Assembly (NCBI GenBank): GCA_002269645.1
Contig: NIVC01000283.1
Span: 558,001-622,000, forward strand
Length of the DNA stretch: 64,000 nucleotides
Origin: Macrostomum lignano
Taxonomy: Eukaryota
Reading direction: 5' to 3'
Made by a program: the position numbers and the translations under genes
In this document: positions 33,495 through 45,103 of the stretch, in pieces
How positions within the stretch are numbered: the stretch's first letter is position 1
How the letters are laid out: the number at the start of each line of letters is the position of its first letter
The notes under the pieces: generated by a model
What the model was told of the DNA's origin: nothing
Seen by the model: the letters and a program-made list of their open reading frames with translations, nothing else
The model's database searches: none

Positions 33495-33840
33495 GACCCT
33501 ACGCGCCTGCGGCGCGGCCTGGGGTTATAAAGTAGTAGTAGGTAAAAAGACGCTTCTAGATCAGACCTATTGAAAATGATGATTTGAAGGGCTATTAATG
33601 GGGGACGCGAGGGGATTGTTTGGTTGTGATAGGGTGTGTTATTGGGAATATGGGTGAATATTGTGTGATTTGTGTGAGTTGGTGGTGTTAATGGGAGGTA
33701 GTGGGAGGTAGTGTGTTTAAGGGGGGTAAAGGGTATTTAGATGTGTTTTTTTAGTACCCCCTCGTGTCCCCCCACTAGCCCTTCAAATCAGCATGTTAAA
33801 TAGGGGTTCTGGGTCTAGAAGCGTCTTTTTACCTACTACT
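33495..33840 (-). repeat. Right terminal inverted repeat (346 bp)
   Basis: Mirror of 15284-15629; followed by TSD GAGCAT. Confidence 0.97.
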
Positions 33841-34240
33841 GAGCATACAACGCAGCAGGCCCACTTTCCACTAGGTTGGGCAGAGAGCATTGAAGTTAAG
33901 CAGAAGACCAGTGTAGGTGGGTTTACGATAAACTTTGGTGGACACAATCGTTTTCAACATTAATCTGAATGTCTAGAAAAGGTATAGATTTCCCATCTCC
34001 TTCAGCAGTGAATTTTATGTTCGGATGAGTGCTGTTGAAAATGTCTAAGAATCGGCTATAGTCAGTCCCTTCGTTGAAAACCAAAAGTGTCATCAACATA
34101 TCTCTTATAGAATTTGGGGCCGCATCACTCTTCATCAATTCCTCTTCCCAATGAGCCAGACAAAGATTGGGAAGGTGGGGGCTAAAGGGCTCCCCATGGC
34201 ACAGCCGTCAATCTGCCGGTGAAGAATTTGAGTTGGATCT
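33841..34240 (-). mobile_element. Penelope-like element, RT part (5'-truncated, degenerate), continuing into 14521-15283
   Basis: QIDGCAMGSPLAP, FNSTHPNIKFTAE..IPFLD, VYRKPTYTG. Removing the Polinton and one TSD copy gives LLRCML-HEICSTWTSFHEE in frame. Confidence 0.9.
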
Positions 34241-34439
34241 ATCTATTCGGTTGAAGCACCCGTCTCACTGCATCTAGGCCAGTGACTGATACGGAAAAGC
34301 ATTTAATCTATTACTCGTATATTACCGTTCTGTTCTTAAGTATTAAAGGGGGTTACATCACATTACTGTATGCCCCCAGAAGACGGGGGCTTTAAATAGC
34401 TAGTCATATACTAAAAATGAAAACTATATCCATCCAATT

Positions 34440-34900
34440 TACTAAAAATCAAAACTTTTTTTTTCCATATACTAAAAATGGTCTGTCGGTATGTGTGTGT
34501 GTGTGTGTGTGTGATCGATTTTAGCAAAAATGGCTCAACCGATTTTCTTCGAACTTGCACCATTCGATCAGAAATTTTTCCGTGACGGTACATGCATCGT
34601 AGCTAAGAAATTTCTCGATGCTAAAGGGATTAAATATTCGAAAAACATGCTTTTTTGCAAAGGTAAAGCATCGAAATGCATTGTAAGAATGCTAGCAGAA
34701 AAACTGACTGGTTGAATTCTGATTCTAAAATAGATTGCATCACAATACACAAGACACTCAATTGAATTGCGTCACAGCGTTGAGTGTGAAAGCATAGCAC
34801 AGTACTCAATTTATATTGCGTAACCATATTGTTAACTTTTATAGAGACTGGTACTGACTTGCCTAAGAAATTGATTATGTCATAACTGCTTCGTGACTTT
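34440..34900 (+). mobile_element. Second copy of the 2461-3260 dispersed repeat family, with a (GT)n tract
   Basis: Shared blocks such as AAAAAACTGACTGG.TGAATTCTGATTCT and CATAACTGCTTCGTG. Confidence 0.55.
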
Positions 34901-35030
34901 TTACTCTACCTGACTTTGTGTGAGTGTTGAATTATATAAGTGGTACAAATTCACTGATAACTTCGATGAGAGCTAGCCTAGAGCTGAACAGACCAGACTG
35001 CTTTTTTTATTAAAAGCTAAATAAAAACAC

Positions 35031-35800
35031 TTAGATTACTGCACTCCATAAGCCAAGGATTATTGCTCTTAATAAACCAAGGATTACTGCACTCAAGAAG
35101 CCAAGGATTATTGCTATTGATAAACCAAGGATTACTGCACTCGATAAGCCAAGGATTATTGCTATTACTAAACCAAGGATTACTGCACTTGATAAGCCAA
35201 GGATTATTGCTATTAATAAACCAAGGATCACTGCACTCGATAAGCCAAGGATTATTGCTATTAATAAACCAAGGATTATTGCTGTCAATAAACCAAGGAT
35301 TATTGCTCTTAATAAGCTAAGGACTATTGCACTTGGCAAACCAAAGCTTTTTTATTGAGAGCTCTTATTGAAAGACTAATTAAAATCACTTAGATTACTG
35401 CGCTTGATAAGCCAAGGATTACTGCACTTGATAAGCCAAGGATTACTGCACTTGATAAACCAAGGATTGCTGCGCTTGATAAGCCAAGGATTACTGCACT
35501 TGATAAACCAAGGATTACTGCACTTGATAAACCAAGGATTACTGCACTTGATAAACCAAGGATTACTGCGCTTGATAAACCAAGGATTATCGCTCTAAAT
35601 AAGCTAAGTACTATTGCACTTGGCAAACTAATAAGGATTATTGCACTTGATAAACCAAGGATTATTGCTCTTAATAAGCTAAGGACTATTGCACTTGGCA
35701 AACCAATAAGGATTATTGCACTTAATAAACCAAGGATTATTGCTCTTAATAAGCTAAGGATTATTGCACTTGGCAAACCAAGGATTATTGCACTTGATAA
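35031..35800. repeat. Minisatellite, 24-bp unit TAA(G/A)CCAAGGATTA(C/T)TGCACTTGA, in two sub-arrays (35031-35340 and 35390-35800)
   Basis: Directly visible. Both sub-arrays are preceded by a similar header (AAAG.CTAA.TAAAA.CACTTAGATTACTGC). Confidence 0.92.
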
Positions 35801-37879
35801 TTCGCTATTAAAATTACAGTGCAGAGTTTCCTTGTTCTTTGTCTGAGTACGCAGAGAAAAGGACTGGTATCTTACTACACCCCTAATTTAGGAAAAGTTA
35901 CGCGTGTGAAGTTCAAGCAGGAAAGTTTACTGTAAATTTATTGTCAGCCATTCGGATATTTTGGTTAGTTAGATTACTTTAAGTGTACATGTTAGTGCGA
36001 GTGATCAATATAGTACTTGCATGTTGCAGTGTTTTGTTTTAAGTACATGCAGTAAGTTTAATTTGTTCTATTTTAGTTCTATGGTTTCAGAGATTAGTTG
36101 TAGAGAAAGTTGGTACTGGTAGTAGTAGTAGTAGTATTTGTTGTTGTTAAATTAATTTATAAAAAGTTTGATTAATTGTTAAATAATAGCAAATGATTAA
36201 TTGATTAAATGAAGATTATAGTTCTATACTCGTAGTGCAAAACCAAAACCAAAATTAGTTAAACGAACAAAATTAATTAAACCAAAGTAGTAGTAGTTGT
36301 TAAATTTATTTAGTAGTAGTGCGATAGTGCGAATTCGTTAGTGTTAGATAGACGGGAGTCTTAGAGTCTTAGAGCTGCTTTTTTTGCTGCTGTTGCTGAC
36401 TTTCTTGCTGCGATGGTTGCTCCTCCGTTTCCCGTGGTTGCTCCTGCTGGTTCTGTTGCTGTTGCTGCTGCTGTTCTTGCTGGTGTTGGTAGTACTCTTT
36501 AATTGCGTCGCAGCGGGCCACCCGATGCGGGCCACCGCAGAAGTAGCATTTTATGGCTGTGAAAGAAGAAAGGTATGGTGATACTGACAGTTTTTTTTAT
36601 AAATGTACATGTTTTCATGTATGTTTTGTACGTAAGTACGTAATTAAACTCAGAATCGGTTCCTTGAAACAATTCATAAGATTGGTCAAGAGGAAGAAAG
36701 AAAGCAAGTTCTAGGAGGTTGGTGATTAGATGACAATATATGGAAGTAGTAACCAACAGTGTATGCAATACTTACGTTTTCGGGGATGGCGCGGGCGGCG
36801 CTGCTGCCCTTTTTCGATTATGGTTACTTTCATGTTAATATATAAAGATTGTTTTATCCGAATATTCTAAATCTTAATTTACTATATTTTTTGGATATCT
36901 TAAGTTGGCGTAGAGTAAGAATCTACAATATATATATATTTGTTCTTTATATATATATATATATATATATATAGCAAAACTTTCTGGGGTGGGTTGGTGC
37001 TGGCCCAACCCGATTAGCTCTGTCGTGTGGGGATTAGCCACTCAGGGCTGAGGTGGACAAATGAAGCTAAGCAAGAGTGACGGCAGTGGCTAGACGGGTT
37101 GGGGCTAAGCCATGCACGGCTGAGGGGTGAAGCTCACACTGACAGAGAGAAGAGGTGAGAGCACAGTTTTGGTTGGGTGACTTAAGCCAAGCTGGGCCTG
37201 GGGAGATTGAATCAAAACCAGTTTGAAGCGGTAAACAACACAGAATACCCTGAACTTTTTAATTGTTGCTACTTTCTTAGTCATTGCAATGACTTAGGTG
37301 TAAACTCCAAGGTTAGGGTTGATTGCAAGTAAGAATTAGGAGGGGTGGTGGAGATAGGCGCGAGATTATAGAGCTAATGAGACGGCGAGTATAAACAGAG
37401 AAAAGAATAAGAAGACTAAATTAGATAGAGAAGGGTGAGAAAATGGAGTAAGCACAGACAAGTTCAGATGAACTGGATAAATGACTAAGAAAGTTTATGC
37501 TGCTTTTCATGAGTGTGAAAAACGATAAGTCGCAGACAACGAGGGGTTGGTCGTGGGAGTTCAATTAGCGTCGTGTGATCACGCCACAAGGTCCAGAGTC
37601 CACCAACCCCAGCCGATTTAGTCTGGAAACGAAGAGATTGCACAGGGAGGGAGGGTTATCTGTGTTCTGATTGGCTGTTTAGTTGTGTGGGGTTGGGGTT
37701 GACTGCTGGTGATTGGGGTGTGGGCTTGACTATTTAAATCGAAATGTATTGCAAACTGTGAGTTTAACCTGCTATTTCTACTGAAGTATTTTGCACTGCA
37801 ACATTTCTAGAAGCTCTTTCTATTTTCTAAGTTTTGTTTCTACTTTGTTAAAACTGTTAAACTGAACAACTAAGCTACA

Positions 37880-38269
37880 ATGGCGTCTACAATCACCAAG
37901 AAGATTAAGGCAAATATCTCTGGCCTGAAACTGGGCTACATGAATGCGGCGGTTACTGGCCTTGTAACCGATTTGAAGGAGATCAGGTCCTACATGAAGA
38001 ACGACGTCCGAAGCGAAGTTTTTTCATTCGTCTTGGTAGACGACTTGGCTGAGATGAGAGTCAGCGTTTTCGGCAAGGACCTGCGGTCTATTTGGGAAGT
38101 TTGCAATACTTCCGATGCTGTTCGGATAGCCGGCGGAATGGTAAAGACTTTGGATCCGAGATACAACAGCACGAATAATCCTATGGAGGTGTCTCTTTCT
38201 GTTGACTCCAAGGGATCAATATTTCGAAGCAATGAAGTTCCGACTGTTAGTGAACGGGCGTGTAACTAA
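37880..38269 (+). CDS. RPA70-like OB-fold ssDNA-binding domain fragment, Helitron-associated
   Basis: VTGLVTDLKEIRSY..VFSFVLVD..EMRVSVFG..VRIAGGMVK..YN pattern; lies just upstream of Helitron Rep. Confidence 0.65.
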   Translation: MASTITKKIKANISGLKLGYMNAAVTGLVTDLKEIRSYMKNDVRSEVFSFVLVDDLAEMRVSVFGKDLRSIWEVCNTSDAVRIAGGMVKTLDPRYNSTNNPMEVSLSVDSKGSIFRSNEVPTVSERACN

Positions 38270-38770
38270 ACGCGAATAAGCGACCTTCAAAACGTACGCC
38301 TGCAAGAGTGAGTTGCATTGTATCTATACTTGAATTTATTGTATAGACACAGTATACAATATTATTATATGTAAAATAGACATAATAGTATAGAATATTG
38401 AAAAATAGAGAATTCTATAGGCAATTGTGTAGCACTGTAGTGTATGTTCGGCTTTTATAAATTATTTTGACTAGATTAGCAATCTATTGTATGCCTTCAT
38501 TCCTTGATGTTGGCTAGACTAGCAGTCCATTATATTCATTCGTCTATTGATGTAGGTAGGAATAGGATTCAAATGAATTTCAAAAGGCGTTTTTGTTAAA
38601 AGACTTTTAAAACTGTCCCCTCTGTATTGCCTTTTATTAGAAATGGCGATTTTCGACTGCAGAGGAGGCTGCTAATGCATTCGACAAGATAGTGAAAGGG
38701 GTGTCCACTTCTGAATGGCACCACTGCTTTGTCACCTGGTTTGAGAGAATAAGGCTCTGCATCCAGGCAG

Positions 38771-40190
38771 GTGGAGAATATTGAAAATTTCAGTTTCATA
38801 GCTGCTTGTTTAGATGTAGCTAAAAACTTTCGTAGTGCCCTCGTAGGTCTTCCCCACGTGGACGCACTGCTTTGGTTGGCTGTCAAGCTGAAGCCGGATA
38901 AGTATGACGCCATCATCAGTGCAGAACTCCCGGACCCCGTTGCCGACGCGGACCTGCACAAGCTTGTCGCTGAGAATCTCCTGCATGGTCTCTGTGGAAT
39001 GCAGCTGAATCCAGCCGCGTCATGCATGGAGAATGGCGCATGCAGCAAGCGCTATCCGAGAGAATTCCAGGCAGTGACGATGATTCAAGAGGACGGCTAC
39101 CCGCACTATCGTCGCAGATCAACCGAGATGGGCGGCTTATCGGTGAAGAAGGTGGCAAAGTTGCGTGGCGGTCACAAGGCGAATTTCACCTTTGACAACC
39201 GCTGGGTGGTGCCGTACTGCCCTGCGCTGCTGCGCGAGTTTAGGTGTCACCTGAACGTCGAGATCTGCGCGACAGACAAGGCGATAAAGTATGTCGTCAA
39301 GTACATAACTAAGGGCAGCGACATGGCGACATTCTAAGTCCGGAAGGCTTTTTTTCTCAGAGTCGCCGCATTCCGACTGCCTGCCGACACCGCAAGAAGC
39401 CGCTGAGCTCCACGCGGAAGTCGAGGCCCAGATCGACATGCTTACTGAAGAGCAGCGAGTCATTTTTGAGGCCGTGCAGGCCAATCTGGAGACCGGCGGA
39501 GGTGGACTGCATTTTATCGATGCCCCCGGCGGAACAGGAAAGACGTTCTTGCTGACGTTGCTGCTAATGTGCGTTCGAGCAAGGCGTCAGATCGCTGTTG
39601 CCGTGGCGTCGTTTCGAATTGCGGCAACCATTCGTCCCGGGGGAAGGACCGCACACTCCATGTGACTTGTCTTTAAACTGTTTACTAAGAAATTAAAATG
39701 TCAAAATAACTTAGATTAATGACATCAAATATTTTTACAGGATAAGCCATTTTCTGTATTTTTCATTGAAGATATGACTTCAATATAAACAAGCTTACAT
39801 GTTTGTACACGCAGTACTTCTGCAAATTGTATTACGAGTATTTTCTCTGCATATAAAATGCTGTCTCAACCTGCCCAGGTTCAAGATCCCCGTCAGCGCG
39901 GTGCGTCTCGACAATACTTTCTGTTCCATCGGCCGACGGAGCAAGCTGGCTGAGATGCTGCGGCATACGCAGCTCATTGTTTGGGACGAAGCGCCGATGA
40001 CGCATCGCAAGGAACTGGAGATGGTCGAGCGGTCTCTGTGGGATCTGCTGCGCAACGACCGGCCGTTCGGAGGAGCGCTGCTGGTGCTGGCTGGCGACTT
40101 TCGCCAGCTGCTGGCTGTGGTGCCCGGAGAAACGCATCCCAACACCATCAAGGTTTGTTTGGCCGCACTTCCGAAGGCACCAGCTGACAA
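38771..40190 (+). mobile_element. Helitron Rep-helicase remnant
   Basis: GLPHVDALLWL (degenerate HUH), CSKRYP..GYPHYRRR, DNRWVVPY..HLNVE..KYVVKYITKG; DAPGGTGKTF; IVWDEAPM..PFGG..LAGDFRQ. Confidence 0.92.
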
Positions 40191-42149
40191 AAAATCTGCG
40201 GTTGGAGATTGGTTCTGCTTTCCAGGGCTACGCAGATTTTCTCATGTCAATGACTTGACTCAAGTGAGCTGATAGCAGACTCCTGCTGGCTCCCTTTTTC
40301 TGCTGGCTTTTCTTTTCTCTCTCTTTGCTCTTCTTGATGGCGCGGATTACTTTCTAGCGGTTAATTTCTTGCTTTTTCTTGTCATCGCTGACGATCCTGT
40401 GTCCTCGATGATATGCTGGAATTTTTCCCTCCTGCAGAGCTTCGACGGTGCCGCACTGGTCGCATGCCAACCAGCATGAGACCAGACAGTTCTCATTCTC
40501 GTGGTGTCTTGGCGACACGCCTCCAAGCAGGCACACTTCGCAGCTTATACAGGCCTCATAGAGGTCTCTATGACAACTTTAAAAAGTTTTCATTTTGAAA
40601 GAGTTGTTTTTTAGAAGTAGTAAGGTTTTTAAAAATCCTTTTATACAATTTGTTTATGACTGTTTGTTTATTTGTACTTGCGTGGCTGCTTATATAGTAA
40701 TTTTTACATGCATGCCCTCTCCTTATCATTTCGTATATGAACATCCAGCCATGCTCAGGTAATAATTACTTTACCGTTATAGAGGCCACCGGCTGTAATT
40801 AGTGTGTTCCCCCGTACCCTTATCCAGGTAAGCAACACCAGCCGTCCACTGTGCAGTTGTAAAACTTTTTAACCTTACCCTAACACAGAGCACAGAGATT
40901 GGCCACCCCTCGTATCTCTGCAATGTTTAGCCGTCCCCAATGCACAGAGATAGGGCTCATTTCTCCGCAGTGTATTTTTCCCTATACATTTGCATTGCCG
41001 CCTATCTCGCCAGTGCTAGTGCGGCAGTATCATAATTCGCCCTACTACTACCGCAGCCAACCGGTTCTGAAGATAAGAAAGTGGACAAAGGGATTTATAA
41101 TGTCTAAGCGGGTGGTCGCCGTAAACCATGGCGTAGTTAGACCAGACACAGACAGTTTAAAAGAAAGTACTTATAATCTATACTGTATAACTTTAAAAAA
41201 TTGTAATTGTATAAATTAGAACTGATTTTATTTATACTTATTAGGTCTAATGTTAATTCATACTCTAAATTTCATCCATATATAAATTTATTGTGCCAAA
41301 ACTGTAATCTATAAACAAGATATGATGAGCCGCAAAAGAAAGGACGCCAAGCCTAAGTTAAAAACAAAAAAACACTGTCGCAAAAAGCCATTGCGAAATC
41401 GAAGAAGGCCGCATCGCCTGGTGAAAATCGTCAGTCTGCTCGCAAATCCGTCGACACCGAGTCCAAAAAAGTGAGTTTTGTTTGATGATCTCAAAGTAGC
41501 TAGCTGCAAGGCCTGCAACTCAATTGCCGTAGAGAAGCTGGTCCAACTAACCTACAGACACAACAGCGCTCTAGCAATGAAAATGTTTTCTTTTGTTAAA
41601 CTAAACGGGACGAGCTTTTTTCATTGGCCTTGTCGTCGAAGCATTGGTCAGCTGCCATTGGATGAGGAGATGCGAACTCAGATGTCCTCTAAGGTGCACG
41701 GAGTCTCTTTCTTCACTTCCCGTAAACAGTAACCACCTTAATGGAAAATAGGACGTGGAAAATTCCCAGAAAGCAGACAAAGCAATCTGTCTAGTATAAA
41801 CCGGTTTGAACCGGTTTGAAAGCTCGATCTCTAACTCTGCAGTCTGCAGTCTCTTCAGTCTAAAACACGTCAGTCTTCAGTTCTAACTCCAGCTCAATTT
41901 CCTTCCTACTCTCTTACTCAATAATTTTCTTACAAACTTTCTACTTCAACTCTTTCACTATTTTTCTACACTTTCTAATTTCATTACAAATTTTCGAGTG
42001 ACGCAGAAGGTAAGTATCATTATAGTTCCTTGCTTGTTTCAGTTTGCTTGTAGCACTAACTTAGGCGTCGGCAAAACTTTTACTTCAAGCCGTCAAGGGC
42101 CAGATTGATAACTTAGCGCATGACTGCGGGCCAGAGTAGGGAGTAGGGA

Positions 42150-42315
42150 GAGAGGAGAGAAGGAAGAGGAAAGATAAGGAGGGGGAAGTAGAGAGGAGAT
42201 GTGTGGAGAGAGTAGAGAGGTGAGGTGAGGTGAGGAGAGGAGAGTAGAGTAGAAGGGGAGAGGAGAGGATAAAGTAGAGAGGAGAGCTGAGGAGAGTAGA
42301 GTGGAGTAGAGCTAA
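42150..42315. repeat. Purine-rich low-complexity tract (GAGAG/GTAGA)
   Basis: Directly visible. Confidence 0.8.
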
Positions 42316-43116
42316 AATAAAAGTTGATAGAATATTAGCACAAGCTATGCGTGCAGATTCGATTTTAGAAATGAGAAGACAAAGCAGTTGCCGAAAAAAT
42401 GTATGGTTTATTTTAGCATTGAGTTAAGCTAAAGTTTAGCATTGAACTAGCAAGTTAAAGTTTGTGATTGTTTAAAGTATAAATGTGTATAAATTTATAA
42501 AATTAGTCACTGGAGCTGTCACTGCTGCTAATGCGAGGGCGCTTCGACGCTGGACCTCGACAGCCCGCCTCTCGCTACTGACGGCCAGCCGCTAGCTGCC
42601 GATGGCCTTGCGCTGCAACAGCTTGCTGTTGAATGCCCTCCTGTCCCGCCGCTCCAGCTTCCCTAGGCTCGAGCGTATGGCGGGGCCTTGCGGCCTGCCT
42701 CTGCGACGTGCTTCAGAAGGTCTTTCAGCGTCTTCTTTACATCGTACTCGGAAGGCCGCCTGGCCTCCTCTAGGTACAACGCGATGATGGCCTCTGAGGA
42801 ATCAAAAGGGAGATTGGATTTTTGGATGTACAGTGAATAACTGGAATAGCAGGCTTAATTTCCTTCAACTATTTTCTCACCCCTCTGCATTTATTCGCAC
42901 GTTCTGAACGCTCTGCAGTTTTGTGCTTAAGAATCTTATCAGATGTGATCGGGACTACTGCTATAAGTAAGATAGTAAGATATGCACATGTTGAAAACTT
43001 TACAATAAAAATTGTGTTCACCGAAGATTTAGAATTTTTTTGCGCTTGTGAAATTTGTGAAATTTAGCGCTTGTGACGCGACCCCGATTTTTCGTGAATT
43101 CATCCCTTTCACACTC

Positions 43117-44799
43117 TCAATTACAACCCCTTGAAACACTCCCAAAGGTATGCATGGCATGATATTGAGCAGGAAAAAATTCACCTAGGAAGACGTCCAG
43201 CGCATTTCTGAAAGCCAAGAAGGCGTCCGTCACTTGGAAATCTGGGTGCTCATCCAGAAGCCGTCTGGCCATGTTCCTACCGGACCAGTTCACGAGGCAT
43301 TGTAGTTCCGGCGACAGGCATTTGTTTAGCAAGCGCTTGACAGTGTCATGCGTACTAGCAGCCCGGCATCCGAGTAGACTTGGAGCCTGTTTTGTGGGAA
43401 ATTCATTTGGAAATAATATCACAGAACTCTCGATATTTGCGATATGGTGCATTAGCCATGTTTACTGTGTTCTTACCAAGTTGCTTCGCTCCGCTCGTGA
43501 AGTGATGAAGCGAATGTAATCCGGCCAGGAATTGATCGGGCGAAAGTTGTCGCGCCTAGTCGAATCTGCCACGGCTGCCCCGTGTTGCGGCTGTGCCTGC
43601 ATTCGTCGATTGAGTACAGCCACTTGAACGGACAGAGCCTCAATGATGGTGGATAACTCCCTCTGCAGCGTTTTATGGCCTCGTGCGTCTCGCAAGCTCT
43701 GCGAGTAGCCAGAGTGGCTAGGTATGCGACGCTGCACATGGACTCCGGATCAAGTCCCAGGCCCATCAGCTGCGCTGGAATGTCCCGCAACGCTGTGGGG
43801 TGGAACCCGAGGCCGCTCGAAGCTGCTCCGCCCTCAGGCCGGTCCTGCTCTGTGCTCTTGGGGACGGTACTTGGAGGCTCATAAGCACCGTGACCGCTTC
43901 CAGAAGCTTCAGAGACTGCTCTGGACTCATTTGACACAAGCTGCCGAAACGGCCGCTGCATCAGTGTTGGCATTGACGACAGTGTCGGTCCCATCCCACT
44001 TGGTGTGCTGAGGGGTGTGGAACGAAGTGTCGACATCGGCAGTGACGGCAGTGTCGGTCGCAGCGCACTTGGTGTGTCGAGGGGTGTCGAAGAAGTAAGG
44101 GTGCAGTCGCCTTCCTGATCCTTCTCGCTTTCCTCAGACGTTGGCATGTTCTGTGAATTAATACATTTAGAAGATACATTCAAATTCTGAGATAATGTCC
44201 GTAGCAAATATCCTAATGAAACTGTCGTTCAGCGTCGCCTCATCCTTCTGGCGCGTTCCACCCCATACAGCAGGGCTGCTCACCTCTATCCTCACCGCAT
44301 CGCACTCTCAGTCTCGTCTGCTCTCACTCTCACCCTCACATATACTATGCACTAATAGGAAAGGTAGACTCACATCGATCAGCGGGATTCGATTCCGCTG
44401 ACCGCAATTAACTCGCCGAATCGCTTTGAGAAGAGAGTCCAGCGTCTTCTTCTTCTCGAAGCGCATTCTGCGGAGATGATGAATGGTTGGCGCGCTGTCT
44501 GTCTCTGGGTCCAGCACCACTTGCAGTATGATGGCTGAATACCACTCATCACCGTACTCTGCCCGCACCTCCATTCGCGTTGGCTCGTACATTAGTGCCT
44601 CGTCCATTGCTCGCCAGTCAACGGACGTGAAGCCTTGGTAGTGGCCGAGTGTCAGTTCCTCCTCGGACTTCTCCAGAATTTGGCCGTCGTCCATGAAGAA
44701 AACAATAAAGCGAATGCCCGCCCTTGACGACATGTTGCAAATGTAATGTAATGCTCGAAATATAATGCCGACTGTGGAGATATAGAATTTTGCAGTCAC
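43117..44799 (-). pseudogene. Spliced accessory gene of a CMC/EnSpm-type transposon (DUF4806-like C-terminus)
   Basis: FRPINSWPDYIRF, TVKRLLNKCLSPELQCLVNWSGR; arranged divergently from the transposase. Confidence 0.55.
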
Positions 44800-45103
44800 A
44801 GTGGGAAATGCAGTTTTTTACTGTTTGCAGGATAATTTTACTGCATAAAAGTTCAGCCTTGCCCAGTTGCCCCTCTCTCAACCCCACCACCCTCCACATT
44901 CAAGACCTCCCGACCCATCCCATCCCTCCACTCCACCCGCCCAGCCCCAATCAATTTCTCCATCCCGCCTCCTACCTTACTCCGACCCTTTACGGACGAA
45001 TCAATTTGTATATCCCATGTTCAATACCTACCAGATAACTCTACTCTAGTATGCATTTTTTATTTTCTATTGTACTCTGTACCGTATTCAATAGTCTTGA
45101 AAA

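Larger units (their letters stand above)
15284..33840. mobile_element. Polinton/Maverick (adintovirus-like endogenous virus), full length, 18,557 bp
   Basis: Ends AGTAGTAGG.../...CCTACTACT; 346-bp TIRs; TSD GAGCAT at 15278-15283 and 33841-33846; encodes pPolB, integrase, MCP, penton, ATPase and protease. Confidence 0.98.

Noticed and set aside
35031-35776. Leu/Ile-rich 'membrane protein' ORFs
   Set aside because: Translations of a 24-bp minisatellite that is open in several frames.
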